The position numbers and the translations under genes are program-made. A stretch of DNA of 64,000 nt from a virus: positions 31,827-95,826 of IMG/VR virus record IMGVR_UViG_3300020731_000012. The stretch is one strand, 5' to 3'. The notes below the pieces were generated by a model. It did not search any database. It had not been told where the DNA came from and saw only the letters and a list, made by a program, of their open reading frames with translations. Shown here one piece after another: positions 29,974-39,667 of this stretch (its first letter is position 1; every line of letters starts with the position of its first letter).

Positions 29974-31575
29974 ATGGCAAAATCATTAGACGGCGTCTTA
30001 ACCAAAAAGGCGCATAGCAAAGAAAAATTTACTGAGCAACAAGTACAGGACTTGCTGTTGTGCTCTGATCCCACCAATGGATACATACACTTTGCTAAAA
30101 ACTTCTTTCACATCCAACATCCGGTTAGGGGCAAGGTATTATTTGAACCTTATGATTATCAAATAAGACTTCTACACAGTTATCACGATTATCGATTCAA
30201 TATTAATATGCTACCACGTCAAAGTGGTAAGACAACTTGTGCAAGTGCGTACTTATTATGGTATGCCATGTTCCACCCAGATCAAACTATTCTAGTGGCC
30301 GCACACAAATACACAGGCGCACAGGAAATTATGCAACGTATACGCTATGGATACGAACTATGTCCTGATTTTTCACGAGCAGGTGTTGTAAGTTATAACA
30401 AAGGGAGTATAGATTTTGATAACGGATCAAGAATTGTATCAGCTACTACTACCGGTAATACTGGTCGTGGTATGTCAATATCCTTATTATACTGTGACGA
30501 GTTTGCGTTCGTTCAACCTAATATTGCAACAGAGTTTTGGACCTCGATCAGCCCAACACTAGCAACTGGTGGTCGAGCAATTATTACATCAACTCCTAAC
30601 AGTGACGAAGATGAATTTGCTATTATTTGGAAAGAATCACAAGACCTGTTCGACGAACATGGCAACACTAAAGACGATGGATTAGGTCGCAATGGATTCC
30701 ACGGATTCCGTGCAGAATGGAATGAACACCCAGACCGAGATGACGAATGGCGTAAAGTTGAGATGGGCCGCATCGGTGAAGAGCGTTTCCGTCGTGAGTA
30801 TGGTTGCGAGTTCTTGGTCTATGACGAAACTCTTATTAGTTCATTGAAACTAGCAGAACTAGTGGGCAGAGAACCACTGTTTAAGATGGGTCAAGTGCGT
30901 TGGTATAAGAAACCTACGCCCGGACATCTGTATGTTGCGGCCTTAGATCCTAGTCTAGGAACCGGGGGAGACTTTGGCGCTATTGAAGTATTTGAATTGC
31001 CTAATTTTGAACAGGTAGCAGAATGGCAGCATAATATTACGCCTATACAAGGGCAAGTTAAAATATTCCGTGATGTGTTAAAATATATCTCAGACGAGCT
31101 AGGCGGTGAAACTTATGATCAAATCTACTGGTCAGTAGAAAACAATACTGTAGGCGAAAGTGCTCTAGTAGTTATTAATAATCTGGGTGAAGAAACTTTC
31201 CCTGGATTGTTTTTAAGTGAACCTGCCCGCAAAGGACATGTTCGTAAATTCCGTAAAGGTTTTAACACTACATTTGGTAATAAAATATCAGCCTGTGCTA
31301 AGATCAAGTTTTTAATCGAAGAAGAAAAGTTGAAAATACACAGTCGTCCGCTATTAAGCGAGTTAAAAACCTATATTGCGGCTGGTACAACATTTAAGGC
31401 CAAAGTAGGACAGCACGATGACCTAGTTTCGTCCCTATTATTAATAGTACGCATGAGTGTAGTGCTGGCAGAATGGGATCCTAAAGTATTTGAGAACCTA
31501 AAAGTGACCAGCGACTGGGAAAATAACGAAGAACTAGAGCTACCACTGCCTATATACATCTCTACGGGCATGTGA
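29974..31575 (+). CDS. gp17: terminase large subunit (T4 gp17-like)
   Basis: PRQSGKTT Walker A, LLYCDEFAF Walker B, ITSTPN coupling motif, LDPS.G.GGD and HDDLV nuclease motifs. Confidence 0.97.
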   Translation: MAKSLDGVLTKKAHSKEKFTEQQVQDLLLCSDPTNGYIHFAKNFFHIQHPVRGKVLFEPYDYQIRLLHSYHDYRFNINMLPRQSGKTTCASAYLLWYAMFHPDQTILVAAHKYTGAQEIMQRIRYGYELCPDFSRAGVVSYNKGSIDFDNGSRIVSATTTGNTGRGMSISLLYCDEFAFVQPNIATEFWTSISPTLATGGRAIITSTPNSDEDEFAIIWKESQDLFDEHGNTKDDGLGRNGFHGFRAEWNEHPDRDDEWRKVEMGRIGEERFRREYGCEFLVYDETLISSLKLAELVGREPLFKMGQVRWYKKPTPGHLYVAALDPSLGTGGDFGAIEVFELPNFEQVAEWQHNITPIQGQVKIFRDVLKYISDELGGETYDQIYWSVENNTVGESALVVINNLGEETFPGLFLSEPARKGHVRKFRKGFNTTFGNKISACAKIKFLIEEEKLKIHSRPLLSELKTYIAAGTTFKAKVGQHDDLVSSLLLIVRMSVVLAEWDPKVFENLKVTSDWENNEELELPLPIYISTGM

Positions 31576-31585
31576 TAAATATAAG

Positions 31586-34180
31586 ATGAAATCAAACTTA
31601 AATAAAATTGCCAAGGAGCTGTATGGAAAGATACAGACTCGCTTTTCTGACATTAAAATCGGTGATGAACACGCTGAAGTTTTAAGCAAAAAAGAAGATA
31701 TTCCCAAGGCCCGTTTTTTTGAGTTTGAATACAAAGATAATGGTCGTAGTTTAGGCACTATTGCAATTACACTAGATGAAGATGACGGAGTTGTTGTACA
31801 AATCAGCGGAAACCTAGCTGATCGTAAACATCCAGGCGCTTATAAATTTATTCGTAGTTTTAGACAATTTGCCAAAGATCGTTTATTAAATTTTGATGTG
31901 CAGAATATTGGAAAAAATAATCTAGACAAACGCGATTATACTTTTCAAGCAAAAGCTAAGGAAGAAACACCGATGGAACCAATTATGGAAAATAGGCTGT
32001 ATGGAACAGCAAGAATGAGTTATCAAGATCTAGGAGAAGCTACACTAATCATCAAACATAGCCAACCAGTAAATCCAGATCTTGCCGCTGGACGTACAAT
32101 GCACATTGAAAGCATTTATGTAGAAAACAGTCAAGGTGAACGTTTCAAATATCCATTCAAACATTTAAGTGGTGCTCGTGCAATGGCCGAACACTTAAAG
32201 CACGGTGGTATTCCATATGATTCAATTGGTAAACATATTACTAGTCTAAGTGAAGAACTAGCACAACTACGTAAGTTTAAAGGCTATGTTGGTCGCAACG
32301 AAGCACTAAGTGAAGCTATGGGAGACATTACTAACAAGGTAATGGAACGCATTGAAGAAATTAAAAAAGAAGTACAAGGGCTACAACGTCCTGCTTATTA
32401 CGAACAGTTTGCCGAATCATTTGAAGATCGCGAAGAACAGATGATCCCAGAAGAGATCATGAGTGATTGGATTGATCGTCTAACAATCCGTACATTTAAC
32501 GAAGAATTAAAAACAGCATTTCCCTACATCTTCCGTCTAGTCGACGAAAGCTCTATTCCAGTTAAGGAATTAAACCCAGATGATTTACTAAGTGAAATGA
32601 ATCCAATAGAAAAAGAACTTGGAAAGGATTTAGTAAAACCGTTGGCTAAAGATGCTGAACTCGGTGCTAGTAAAACGGCTCAAAATGATATTTGGTATAA
32701 AGGAAATACTGCAACTGTTGGACGACTCAGTCGTGAAGTAGAAAAGATGGCTGAAGACAAGCTAGGAGAAATCCGTGCGCTAGCAAAACAAGTAGAACTA
32801 GGCCAGGCACAATTTCCAGCAGGTTATGCAAGCCATTTAGAAACTGAACTTTGGGCTGTGATGAGTCGTATTAAGGATGGATCACGCGAAGCGTTTGAAA
32901 TATTAGGAAATATTCGTGCCGTTGCACAACAATCTCAACGTGGCGCCCCATTGCCCAAAAATTTTGCAAATACACTAGTCAATGAGTTATGGCATGCTAT
33001 CACTTTAATGCGCGAAAAAGTAGTAGGTGAATCTATTGGTAATCCAGAAGATGCATTTGAAAATTTCTTAGATAGTATTGTTAATGAAGATGAATCTAGT
33101 GAATCTGGACAAGGTATTTTTGATCAAAATGAAACTACAAGAGATGCCGCAGTACAGCAATTAAATGATATTTTTAAGTCAGAACTTAAAGGCGGCGTAG
33201 CTGGTATCAATATTATTGATACATTAAAAGATCTAATTCCAGACAATGAATTTTTAGAAAAGATGAAAGATATTGATCCAGATCTTGATGCTAGAGCGGC
33301 AATTGAAGCAGAACTAGTTAATATGTCTCATGACAACGAAGATCTAGCTCGTGCAGTTACACAAATTAATTTCCACGGTGGTGATGACGAAGTAGGCGGC
33401 GAAGACGAAGTTTCTGCTGAAACTCCTCCAGCACCTGATGCTACAACTCCGCCACCAGAAGCTGTTCCAAATCCAGCACCTGATGCTACAGCTCCTCCGC
33501 CAGCTCCCCCAGCTCCTCCTGCGGGCGCACCAGCTCCTGTAGCTGAAGGCACTGCTAGACTTAAAGCCAAACTAATTCGAGTATTAGAAGCAGGTGCAAC
33601 ACTAGATACAAAACTTGATTTTGGCTATCGTGTAATGACTCTAGGCGAAGCTATGGAAGAATGTGGTATGAGTATGCAAGACCACGAACCGCATGGCGAT
33701 CCAACGCATGACATACTAAAGTCAATTGCAGGTTTCTGGAATCCAAAAGAGAAGAATTTTACAGTAGGCGGAACTCGTGCAAAGATTCGTGTATTAAAAG
33801 GATTCAAAGATGGAGAGTTTCCACATGCACAGCCAGAACACGTTAAGAAAGTTATAGAAATCATCGAAAAGATGGATCCTAGCACTGGAAGCCATGGTCA
33901 CGGTGAATTAGGACATATTAAAAAGCTAGCAGGTGTAAAAGGCGCAATGGATGAAGAGCAACAGGCTCAATTTGATTTAAATGCTCTAATGTCGCAACTA
34001 CAAGCACTGCAAAATGATCCGGAAGCACAGAAACAACTTGCAGATCAAGGCAAACAAATGATCGGTCAACAGTTACAAAAAGTGCAAGGTCAAGCGCCTG
34101 ATCAAACAGTTCAGTTCCCAGGAGGACAAATGAATCCTGCAGAACTTATGAAGGGAATTCTAAGTAAAATAGGAAGCTAA
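31586..34180 (+). CDS. large hypothetical late protein (candidate head/ejected protein)
   Basis: 864 aa, TAAATA upstream, acidic and Pro-rich linkers, internal ~45-aa duplication. Confidence 0.55.
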   Translation: MKSNLNKIAKELYGKIQTRFSDIKIGDEHAEVLSKKEDIPKARFFEFEYKDNGRSLGTIAITLDEDDGVVVQISGNLADRKHPGAYKFIRSFRQFAKDRLLNFDVQNIGKNNLDKRDYTFQAKAKEETPMEPIMENRLYGTARMSYQDLGEATLIIKHSQPVNPDLAAGRTMHIESIYVENSQGERFKYPFKHLSGARAMAEHLKHGGIPYDSIGKHITSLSEELAQLRKFKGYVGRNEALSEAMGDITNKVMERIEEIKKEVQGLQRPAYYEQFAESFEDREEQMIPEEIMSDWIDRLTIRTFNEELKTAFPYIFRLVDESSIPVKELNPDDLLSEMNPIEKELGKDLVKPLAKDAELGASKTAQNDIWYKGNTATVGRLSREVEKMAEDKLGEIRALAKQVELGQAQFPAGYASHLETELWAVMSRIKDGSREAFEILGNIRAVAQQSQRGAPLPKNFANTLVNELWHAITLMREKVVGESIGNPEDAFENFLDSIVNEDESSESGQGIFDQNETTRDAAVQQLNDIFKSELKGGVAGINIIDTLKDLIPDNEFLEKMKDIDPDLDARAAIEAELVNMSHDNEDLARAVTQINFHGGDDEVGGEDEVSAETPPAPDATTPPPEAVPNPAPDATAPPPAPPAPPAGAPAPVAEGTARLKAKLIRVLEAGATLDTKLDFGYRVMTLGEAMEECGMSMQDHEPHGDPTHDILKSIAGFWNPKEKNFTVGGTRAKIRVLKGFKDGEFPHAQPEHVKKVIEIIEKMDPSTGSHGHGELGHIKKLAGVKGAMDEEQQAQFDLNALMSQLQALQNDPEAQKQLADQGKQMIGQQLQKVQGQAPDQTVQFPGGQMNPAELMKGILSKIGS

Positions 34181-34181
34181 A

Positions 34182-34943
34182 ATGGCAAAGAAATTTATTA
34201 CTGAAAGTGAATTAAAAGCACAAGCCGCTCGATTAAAAGAAAAGCTAATTGCTGAAGACCAGAAGGTTGACGAGTGGAACTTATTAAGTCCTAGCTCATG
34301 GTTTAATGGCCGCGGGTATGGAGATGGAACTTCACGCGATGATGTACGTACACAAGACGCTGCCAAAAACTCGGCCGCTGGTGCAAATATGGCGCTAGTA
34401 CAAAACCGTGAACAAATGGTTCCGGGGTCTACCGGCAGTACTGAAGAAGGTGGTGTAACCTACGCTATCGATGATGCTGGTAATAAACTTGCTAAAATTA
34501 ATCCACAAACACAAAAATGGGAGATGATGCCTCAAGCGGCAGCACCTGAAGCTCCTGCGGCAGCTCCGGCAGCTCCGGCAGCACCTGAGCCATACACTGT
34601 GGTTAAAGGTGATAACTTAACTAAAATTGCTAAACAAATGGGTACGACCCTTCCTGAATTACTAAAAGCTAATCCACAGTTCCAAAAAAATCCTGACTTG
34701 ATTTATCCTGGTCAAAAGGTTAATCCTCCAGGAGCCGCGGCACCGGCGGCTCAGAACCAAGAAAAACCAGCTCCTGCGGCAGCTCCGAACCAAGCAAAAC
34801 CAGCTCCTACGGCAGCACCTGCGGCAGCTCCGGCAGCACCTGCGGCAGCTCCACAAAGTTCAGCACAATCTGTTCAACCATATTCAGATCCCGCTAAAGA
34901 AGCTCGTTATCAAGAATGGCTTAAGAAACAAGGAACTCAATAA
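34182..34943 (+). CDS. LysM-domain protein with Pro/Ala-rich linkers
   Basis: YTVVKGDNLTKIAKQMGTTLPELLKANP....PDLIYPGQKV is a canonical LysM. Confidence 0.9.
   Translation: MAKKFITESELKAQAARLKEKLIAEDQKVDEWNLLSPSSWFNGRGYGDGTSRDDVRTQDAAKNSAAGANMALVQNREQMVPGSTGSTEEGGVTYAIDDAGNKLAKINPQTQKWEMMPQAAAPEAPAAAPAAPAAPEPYTVVKGDNLTKIAKQMGTTLPELLKANPQFQKNPDLIYPGQKVNPPGAAAPAAQNQEKPAPAAAPNQAKPAPTAAPAAAPAAPAAAPQSSAQSVQPYSDPAKEARYQEWLKKQGTQ
34535..34855 (+). repeat. coding (GCGGCAGCWCC-type) repeats encoding APAAAP linkers flanking LysM
   Basis: Repeated gcggcagcacctg / gcggcagctccg units on both sides of the LysM domain. Confidence 0.7.
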
Positions 34944-35465
34944 ATGAGAGATATTTTAGAAAAACTCACAACACTGGTTGAAGCTTCCGAAGAAGAAGAG
35001 TTTGAGTTCCGAAGAAGAAGAGAACAGGAAATGAAGGCCAAGTCGGCGGCACCCGCCACTACTCGAAGTGTACCAACAGGCGGAAATGTAAAATATATAG
35101 CTACTCCTGACAAATACGCAGGTGAGACTCCTGAACAAAATGCGGCAAGACTAGCGGCATTAAATGCTAAAGCTGAAGCTGATGGAACAAAAGCCCGCAT
35201 ACAACAAGACTATAAAGACCAGACGGCCAGCGGTTTGTATGCCCAGCCTAATGGACAACCAGCACCATCAAAATATCCAGGTTTAATTCCGGTACCAGGA
35301 GATAAAGAAGGCGCATACATGGATCCTAAAACTGGCATGATCAGCTATCCAGACAGTAATGCGAAATCCACGGCTCAACCTAGTCCGGTTAAAGAATCAA
35401 CTGGTGTTACATTCAAAACTGATGATTCTCTAGCTAGAATTATCAGTTTGGTACGAGGCAAATGA
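34944..35465 (+). CDS. hypothetical protein
   Basis: 173 aa, abuts the LysM gene. Confidence 0.55.
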   Translation: MRDILEKLTTLVEASEEEEFEFRRRREQEMKAKSAAPATTRSVPTGGNVKYIATPDKYAGETPEQNAARLAALNAKAEADGTKARIQQDYKDQTASGLYAQPNGQPAPSKYPGLIPVPGDKEGAYMDPKTGMISYPDSNAKSTAQPSPVKESTGVTFKTDDSLARIISLVRGK

Positions 35466-35616
35466 TTGAGTAAAATACTCACATTTTAGACAAGATTTCT
35501 CTTGTAATACTAAATAAAAGTGCGTACAATAACATGTATGCACTTTTTCTTTTGTCAGGTGATAAAAGAAATACAGGCAAACTAAAAAATAAAAGGCTAT
35601 TAATAGGAGAATAATT

Positions 35617-36591
35617 ATGGCAACTTTAGCAGAAATCAGAGCAAAACTTAAGGCATCGGAATCAAAAGGTTCTGGAGAACGTACAGGCGGAGATAATTCA
35701 ATTTATCCGTTTTGGAATCTCAAAGAAGGTGGAGAATCGGTTCTACGATTTTTACCAGACGGCAATTCAGACAACACATTTTTCTGGGTTGAACGTGCAA
35801 TGATCAAACTTCCCTTTGCAGGCGTCAAAGGCGAATCTGAAAGCAAAAATATCACAGTACAAGTTCCATGCGTAGAAATGTATGGCGACACTTGCCCAAT
35901 TTTATCAGAAGTGCGCGGTTGGTTTAAAGACCCTGCATTAGAAGATATGGGTCGTAAGTACTGGAAGAAACGCAGTTATATTTTCCAAGGTTTTGTTGTA
36001 GAAGACGGACTAGGCGAAAAAGACTTGCCAGAAAATCCAATCCGTAGATTCATTATTGGTCCTCAAATCTTTACTTCAATTCGTGCGGCACTTGTCGATC
36101 CAGAGTTGGAAGATTTGCCAACAGACTATGTACATGGTCTAGACTATCGTATGAAGAAAGGTAGCAAAGGCGGCTATGCCGACTACTCAACATCTAGTTG
36201 GGCACGTCGTGAGCGTCCATTAAGTGATGCTGAAAATGCCGCTATCAAACAACATGGCTTGTTTAACTTGTCAGACTTTTTACCTAAGAAGCCAGGCGAA
36301 GTTGAATTGAAAGTTATGAAAGAAATGTTTGAAGCTTCAGTTGACGGTGAGCCATATGACATGGAAAAATGGGGTCAATATTTCAAACCAGCTGGCATGA
36401 GCCAGAATACGGGTGATCCTGTTAAATCAACACCAAAAGCAAGTGCTCCGGTAGATGACATTGATGAAGATGAAGCACCAGCACCAGTAGCAAAATCAGC
36501 TCCAAAAGCTGAAACAACTACTGAATCGGCAGGTGGCGATAGTCGTGCCCAAGATATCTTGGCAATGATTCGCAATCGTCAAAAGCAATAA
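35617..36591 (+). CDS. gp32: single-stranded DNA-binding protein (T4 gp32-like)
   Basis: LRFLPDG, VPC.E..G..CP, YWKKRSY, K..KGGYADYS.S.W, acidic tail; AGGAGA RBS; precedes uvsX. Confidence 0.9.
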   Translation: MATLAEIRAKLKASESKGSGERTGGDNSIYPFWNLKEGGESVLRFLPDGNSDNTFFWVERAMIKLPFAGVKGESESKNITVQVPCVEMYGDTCPILSEVRGWFKDPALEDMGRKYWKKRSYIFQGFVVEDGLGEKDLPENPIRRFIIGPQIFTSIRAALVDPELEDLPTDYVHGLDYRMKKGSKGGYADYSTSSWARRERPLSDAENAAIKQHGLFNLSDFLPKKPGEVELKVMKEMFEASVDGEPYDMEKWGQYFKPAGMSQNTGDPVKSTPKASAPVDDIDEDEAPAPVAKSAPKAETTTESAGGDSRAQDILAMIRNRQKQ

Positions 36592-36595
36592 GCAC

Positions 36596-36615
36596 AGGGG
36601 GACTTCGGTCCCCTT
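36596..36615 (+). promoter_or_regulatory. C(UUCG)G hairpin between gp32 and uvsX
   Basis: GGGGAC-TTCG-GTCCCC with no long U-tract; likely an mRNA stabiliser or weak terminator. Confidence 0.6.
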
Positions 36616-36638
36616 ACATCATTCAGGAGAATTAACTT

Positions 36639-37694
36639 ATGGCTACAAAAGCCTTTGATTTATCAAAATTTAGAAAGACCTTGACCAAAAGCATTGATGG
36701 TCTAGGAGTTGGATTTAATGATCCAACAGATTGGATCAGTACTGGCAATTATACGCTTAACTATCTAATCAGTGGAGATTTCCACAAAGGTGTTCCGCTA
36801 GGCAAAGTTACTGTATTTGCTGGAGAATCTGGTGCAGGTAAGAGTTTTATCTGTTCAGGAAATCTTATCCGTAATGCACAACAACAAGGCATCTATGTTA
36901 TCTTGATTGATAGCGAAAACGCACTTGATGAAAAGTGGTTGCATGATTTAGGTGTAGACACTAGCGAAGATAAACTGCTTAAACTCAACATGGCAATGAT
37001 CGATGACGTTGCTAAGACTATCAACGAGTTTATGAAAGAGTACAAGGAAATGACTGACCGTCCGAAGGTCCTCTTTGTCATAGACAGCCTTGGTATGCTC
37101 TTGACTCCAACTGACGTAAATCAGTTTGAGGCGGGTGATTTGAAAGGTGATATGGGCCGTAAACCCAAAGCATTAACGGCACTTGTTCGCAACTGTGTAA
37201 ACATGTTTGGTAACTACAATGTTGGTCTTGTAGCGACAAATCACACATACGCAAGTCAAGACATGTTTGATCCAGATGACAAGATTAGTGGCGGACAAGG
37301 TTTTGTCTATGCATCTAGTATTGTTGTTGCGATGAAAAAATTGAAGTTGAAAGAAGACGAAGATGGTAACAAGGTTTCAGAAGTAAACGGTATCCGTGCC
37401 GCTTGCAAGATCATGAAAACTCGTTATGCTAAACCTTTTGAAACTGTACAAATTAAGATTCCATACGAAACAGGTATGAATCCTTACAGTGGTATGGTTG
37501 ATATGCTTGAGAAACAAGGCCTGTTAAAACAAGAAGGCAACAGACTCAAGTGGGTTGATCCAGAGACAGGTGAGGAATTCAAATTCTACCGAAAAGAATG
37601 GAAAGATGATAAATTAGATATGATTATGGCAAAATACCATATCAAAGCTGAAACAACTATCATTCCAGAGGAGACAGAAGAGAATGTTGAATGA
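36639..37694 (+). CDS. uvsX: RecA-like recombinase UvsX
   Basis: ISTG...LN.LISG...G.P.G......GESGAGKS, IDSENA, VIDSLGML, NHTY, SGG.G..Y.SS. Confidence 0.95.
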   Translation: MATKAFDLSKFRKTLTKSIDGLGVGFNDPTDWISTGNYTLNYLISGDFHKGVPLGKVTVFAGESGAGKSFICSGNLIRNAQQQGIYVILIDSENALDEKWLHDLGVDTSEDKLLKLNMAMIDDVAKTINEFMKEYKEMTDRPKVLFVIDSLGMLLTPTDVNQFEAGDLKGDMGRKPKALTALVRNCVNMFGNYNVGLVATNHTYASQDMFDPDDKISGGQGFVYASSIVVAMKKLKLKEDEDGNKVSEVNGIRAACKIMKTRYAKPFETVQIKIPYETGMNPYSGMVDMLEKQGLLKQEGNRLKWVDPETGEEFKFYRKEWKDDKLDMIMAKYHIKAETTIIPEETEENVE

Positions 37695-37917
37695 AACACA
37701 AATTGGTGATGTTTGGTTACTGTTTGCTGACTATATCGACAAGAAACAAATCGATGTAGTGGCTGAACGTTACATTGACTTGCTAGCAGATTTTGGTGTC
37801 GGTGATCGTACACTACAAGGTGCTGCCGGAGTTGATGCTACATTAGATGCCGCTATTGAATACTATCTTGACGATGCAGACGGCGAAGATGACGACATTA
37901 ACGAATTGGAGTTTTAA
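37684..37917 (+). CDS. small acidic hypothetical protein
   Basis: 77 aa, overlaps both neighbours. Confidence 0.6.
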   Translation: MLNETQIGDVWLLFADYIDKKQIDVVAERYIDLLADFGVGDRTLQGAAGVDATLDAAIEYYLDDADGEDDDINELEF

Positions 37918-38369
37918 TGTGGTATACTAAGATAGCCAAGGATATCAGTTATATCCCCGATGCTGTTCAATATTATAATGATCAACTAGAAGAAGCTCGA
38001 CTAGAGGTCAAAGTACATGGTAATATTGAAAAAGCATCAGCCGGTATGCCTGGTATTGTCGAGCAAAGATTTAGTCAATTGCAAGAAATTGAAGCTATCC
38101 TAGAATACCTTAACATTGAACTACGACGACTCAAAAGTCAACACTTTCGCAAGTACTTAGAAAACTATCAACGTGCTCTTAGTAGTCGAGATTGTGAAAA
38201 ATTTGTTGAAGGTGAGGCAGATGTCGTTGATTTTGAAAAAATTATCAACGAATTTGCCTTGCTACGCAACAAGTGGCTAGGTATTACTAAAGGTCTAGAC
38301 ATCAAACAATGGCAATTAAGTAATATTATCAAATTACGTGTTGCAGGTATGGAAGACGCAACATTATAA
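37917..38369 (+). CDS. uvsY: recombination mediator UvsY-like
   Basis: Helical 150 aa with K.L..K.WQ..NIIKL C-terminal pattern; lies between uvsX and uvsW. Confidence 0.7.
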   Translation: MWYTKIAKDISYIPDAVQYYNDQLEEARLEVKVHGNIEKASAGMPGIVEQRFSQLQEIEAILEYLNIELRRLKSQHFRKYLENYQRALSSRDCEKFVEGEADVVDFEKIINEFALLRNKWLGITKGLDIKQWQLSNIIKLRVAGMEDATL

Positions 38370-38392
38370 TCAATTTACCCAAAAGGTATCCC

Positions 38393-38426
38393 ATAGGCCT
38401 TAAATAATATTGAGGCCTATTTTTTT
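38393..38426 (+). terminator. intrinsic terminator
   Basis: ATAGGCCT...AGGCCTAT followed by T-run. Confidence 0.7.
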
Positions 38427-38470
38427 CTAACTGGTTGACCTTTGACCTTTGTCAGTGTACACTTACTAAC

Positions 38471-39667
38471 ATGACTACTATTGATAATTTATTATTTGAA
38501 ATCTTGCAAGAACCCGACGATTATGCCAAGGGCTTGTTACCAAGACGTGACTATGATACCTTAATAAGTCTATCAACAGCAATAACTCGACCATTTTACA
38601 TTACAAAGAATCAAGGTCGACTGTTGATTAAAATTCTTCAAGAAAATTCAAAAAAATTAGAGAAATTTTCTGAAAAAATTTCCATGTCTATTACTACACC
38701 TATATGGTCAAAAGAGTTTAGATACGTCGAAGAAGTAAAAAACCTAAAAATACAAAATAATTCCGAAGCAGAACCTGAGTTGGTCATAGAATTCACATTT
38801 TCTGGTCAAATACGTAAAGTGTTAAGCACGTTGTCCAAGACTGTTGAAAATTTAATTCAAACAGCCAACACTAAAATATGGACTGCTGAGCTCAATGAGA
38901 AAAATATTGTGGCATTAGTTGATGCACTTTTGCCATTGGGCTTTAAAATTGACGAAATTGTAAAAAACCACTATGAAACCATAAAATCATGGTCTGAGCA
39001 AGAAATACGTGATCAGTTCTTAATTACAAATTTTGAAAATAAAAACTTTCAACATTACATAACCGAAGACTTAGGTATTGAAACTAGTATTGATCAAAAC
39101 ATCATTAATGACCGTAGTATGCGGTACCAATATTTTGTGGAAAATCCTAAAAATCCCGGTGAAAATTTGACCGAGTACATGGCCAACCGATCTAAAACAA
39201 AGTTGTGGGTTGATAAAAAATTGCACGATCTTGATGCAGTTATTAAAAGCATCATTGAATTAAAAAGATTACCTATGCTGGTAGTATTTGAAAATACCAC
39301 CGAAGAAAAAATCCTAAAAAATCTGGAAATTTTGTCGAATTTTCTGGAAAAAAATGAGGTCGATAAATCAGTGGGAATTTACTTTAGATTGCCTAACAGC
39401 GAAATTGGTAAAGAATTTAATCAACTGATTAAAAATAAAAGTTACAATAATGCACTGGATAAAGACACTCAAATCGCAGTTGTACAAAGTGGAAAAATAC
39501 CGAAATTTTTCCTAAAAAATGCCTGGCGTCCTATGAGTGTACTTGCATTGGATACCAAAATGGGTTTACGTCACGGCAAGACTAGTGTATACTCTAATTG
39601 TTGTGATTTAATTATCGAGTGGGCAGACGAACCGGTAATGATGGACATTAGGACCATTCTAAGATGA
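38471..39667 (+). CDS. hypothetical protein
   Basis: ~398 aa; TTGACC(38435)-N17-TACACT 7 nt before ATG 38471; ATGA overlap with uvsW. Confidence 0.6.
   Translation: MTTIDNLLFEILQEPDDYAKGLLPRRDYDTLISLSTAITRPFYITKNQGRLLIKILQENSKKLEKFSEKISMSITTPIWSKEFRYVEEVKNLKIQNNSEAEPELVIEFTFSGQIRKVLSTLSKTVENLIQTANTKIWTAELNEKNIVALVDALLPLGFKIDEIVKNHYETIKSWSEQEIRDQFLITNFENKNFQHYITEDLGIETSIDQNIINDRSMRYQYFVENPKNPGENLTEYMANRSKTKLWVDKKLHDLDAVIKSIIELKRLPMLVVFENTTEEKILKNLEILSNFLEKNEVDKSVGIYFRLPNSEIGKEFNQLIKNKSYNNALDKDTQIAVVQSGKIPKFFLKNAWRPMSVLALDTKMGLRHGKTSVYSNCCDLIIEWADEPVMMDIRTILR

Noticed and set aside
29974-31575. Intein or intron in terminase (also checked helicase and UvsX)
   Set aside because: Lengths are normal, motifs are contiguous, no splicing or homing-endonuclease insert visible
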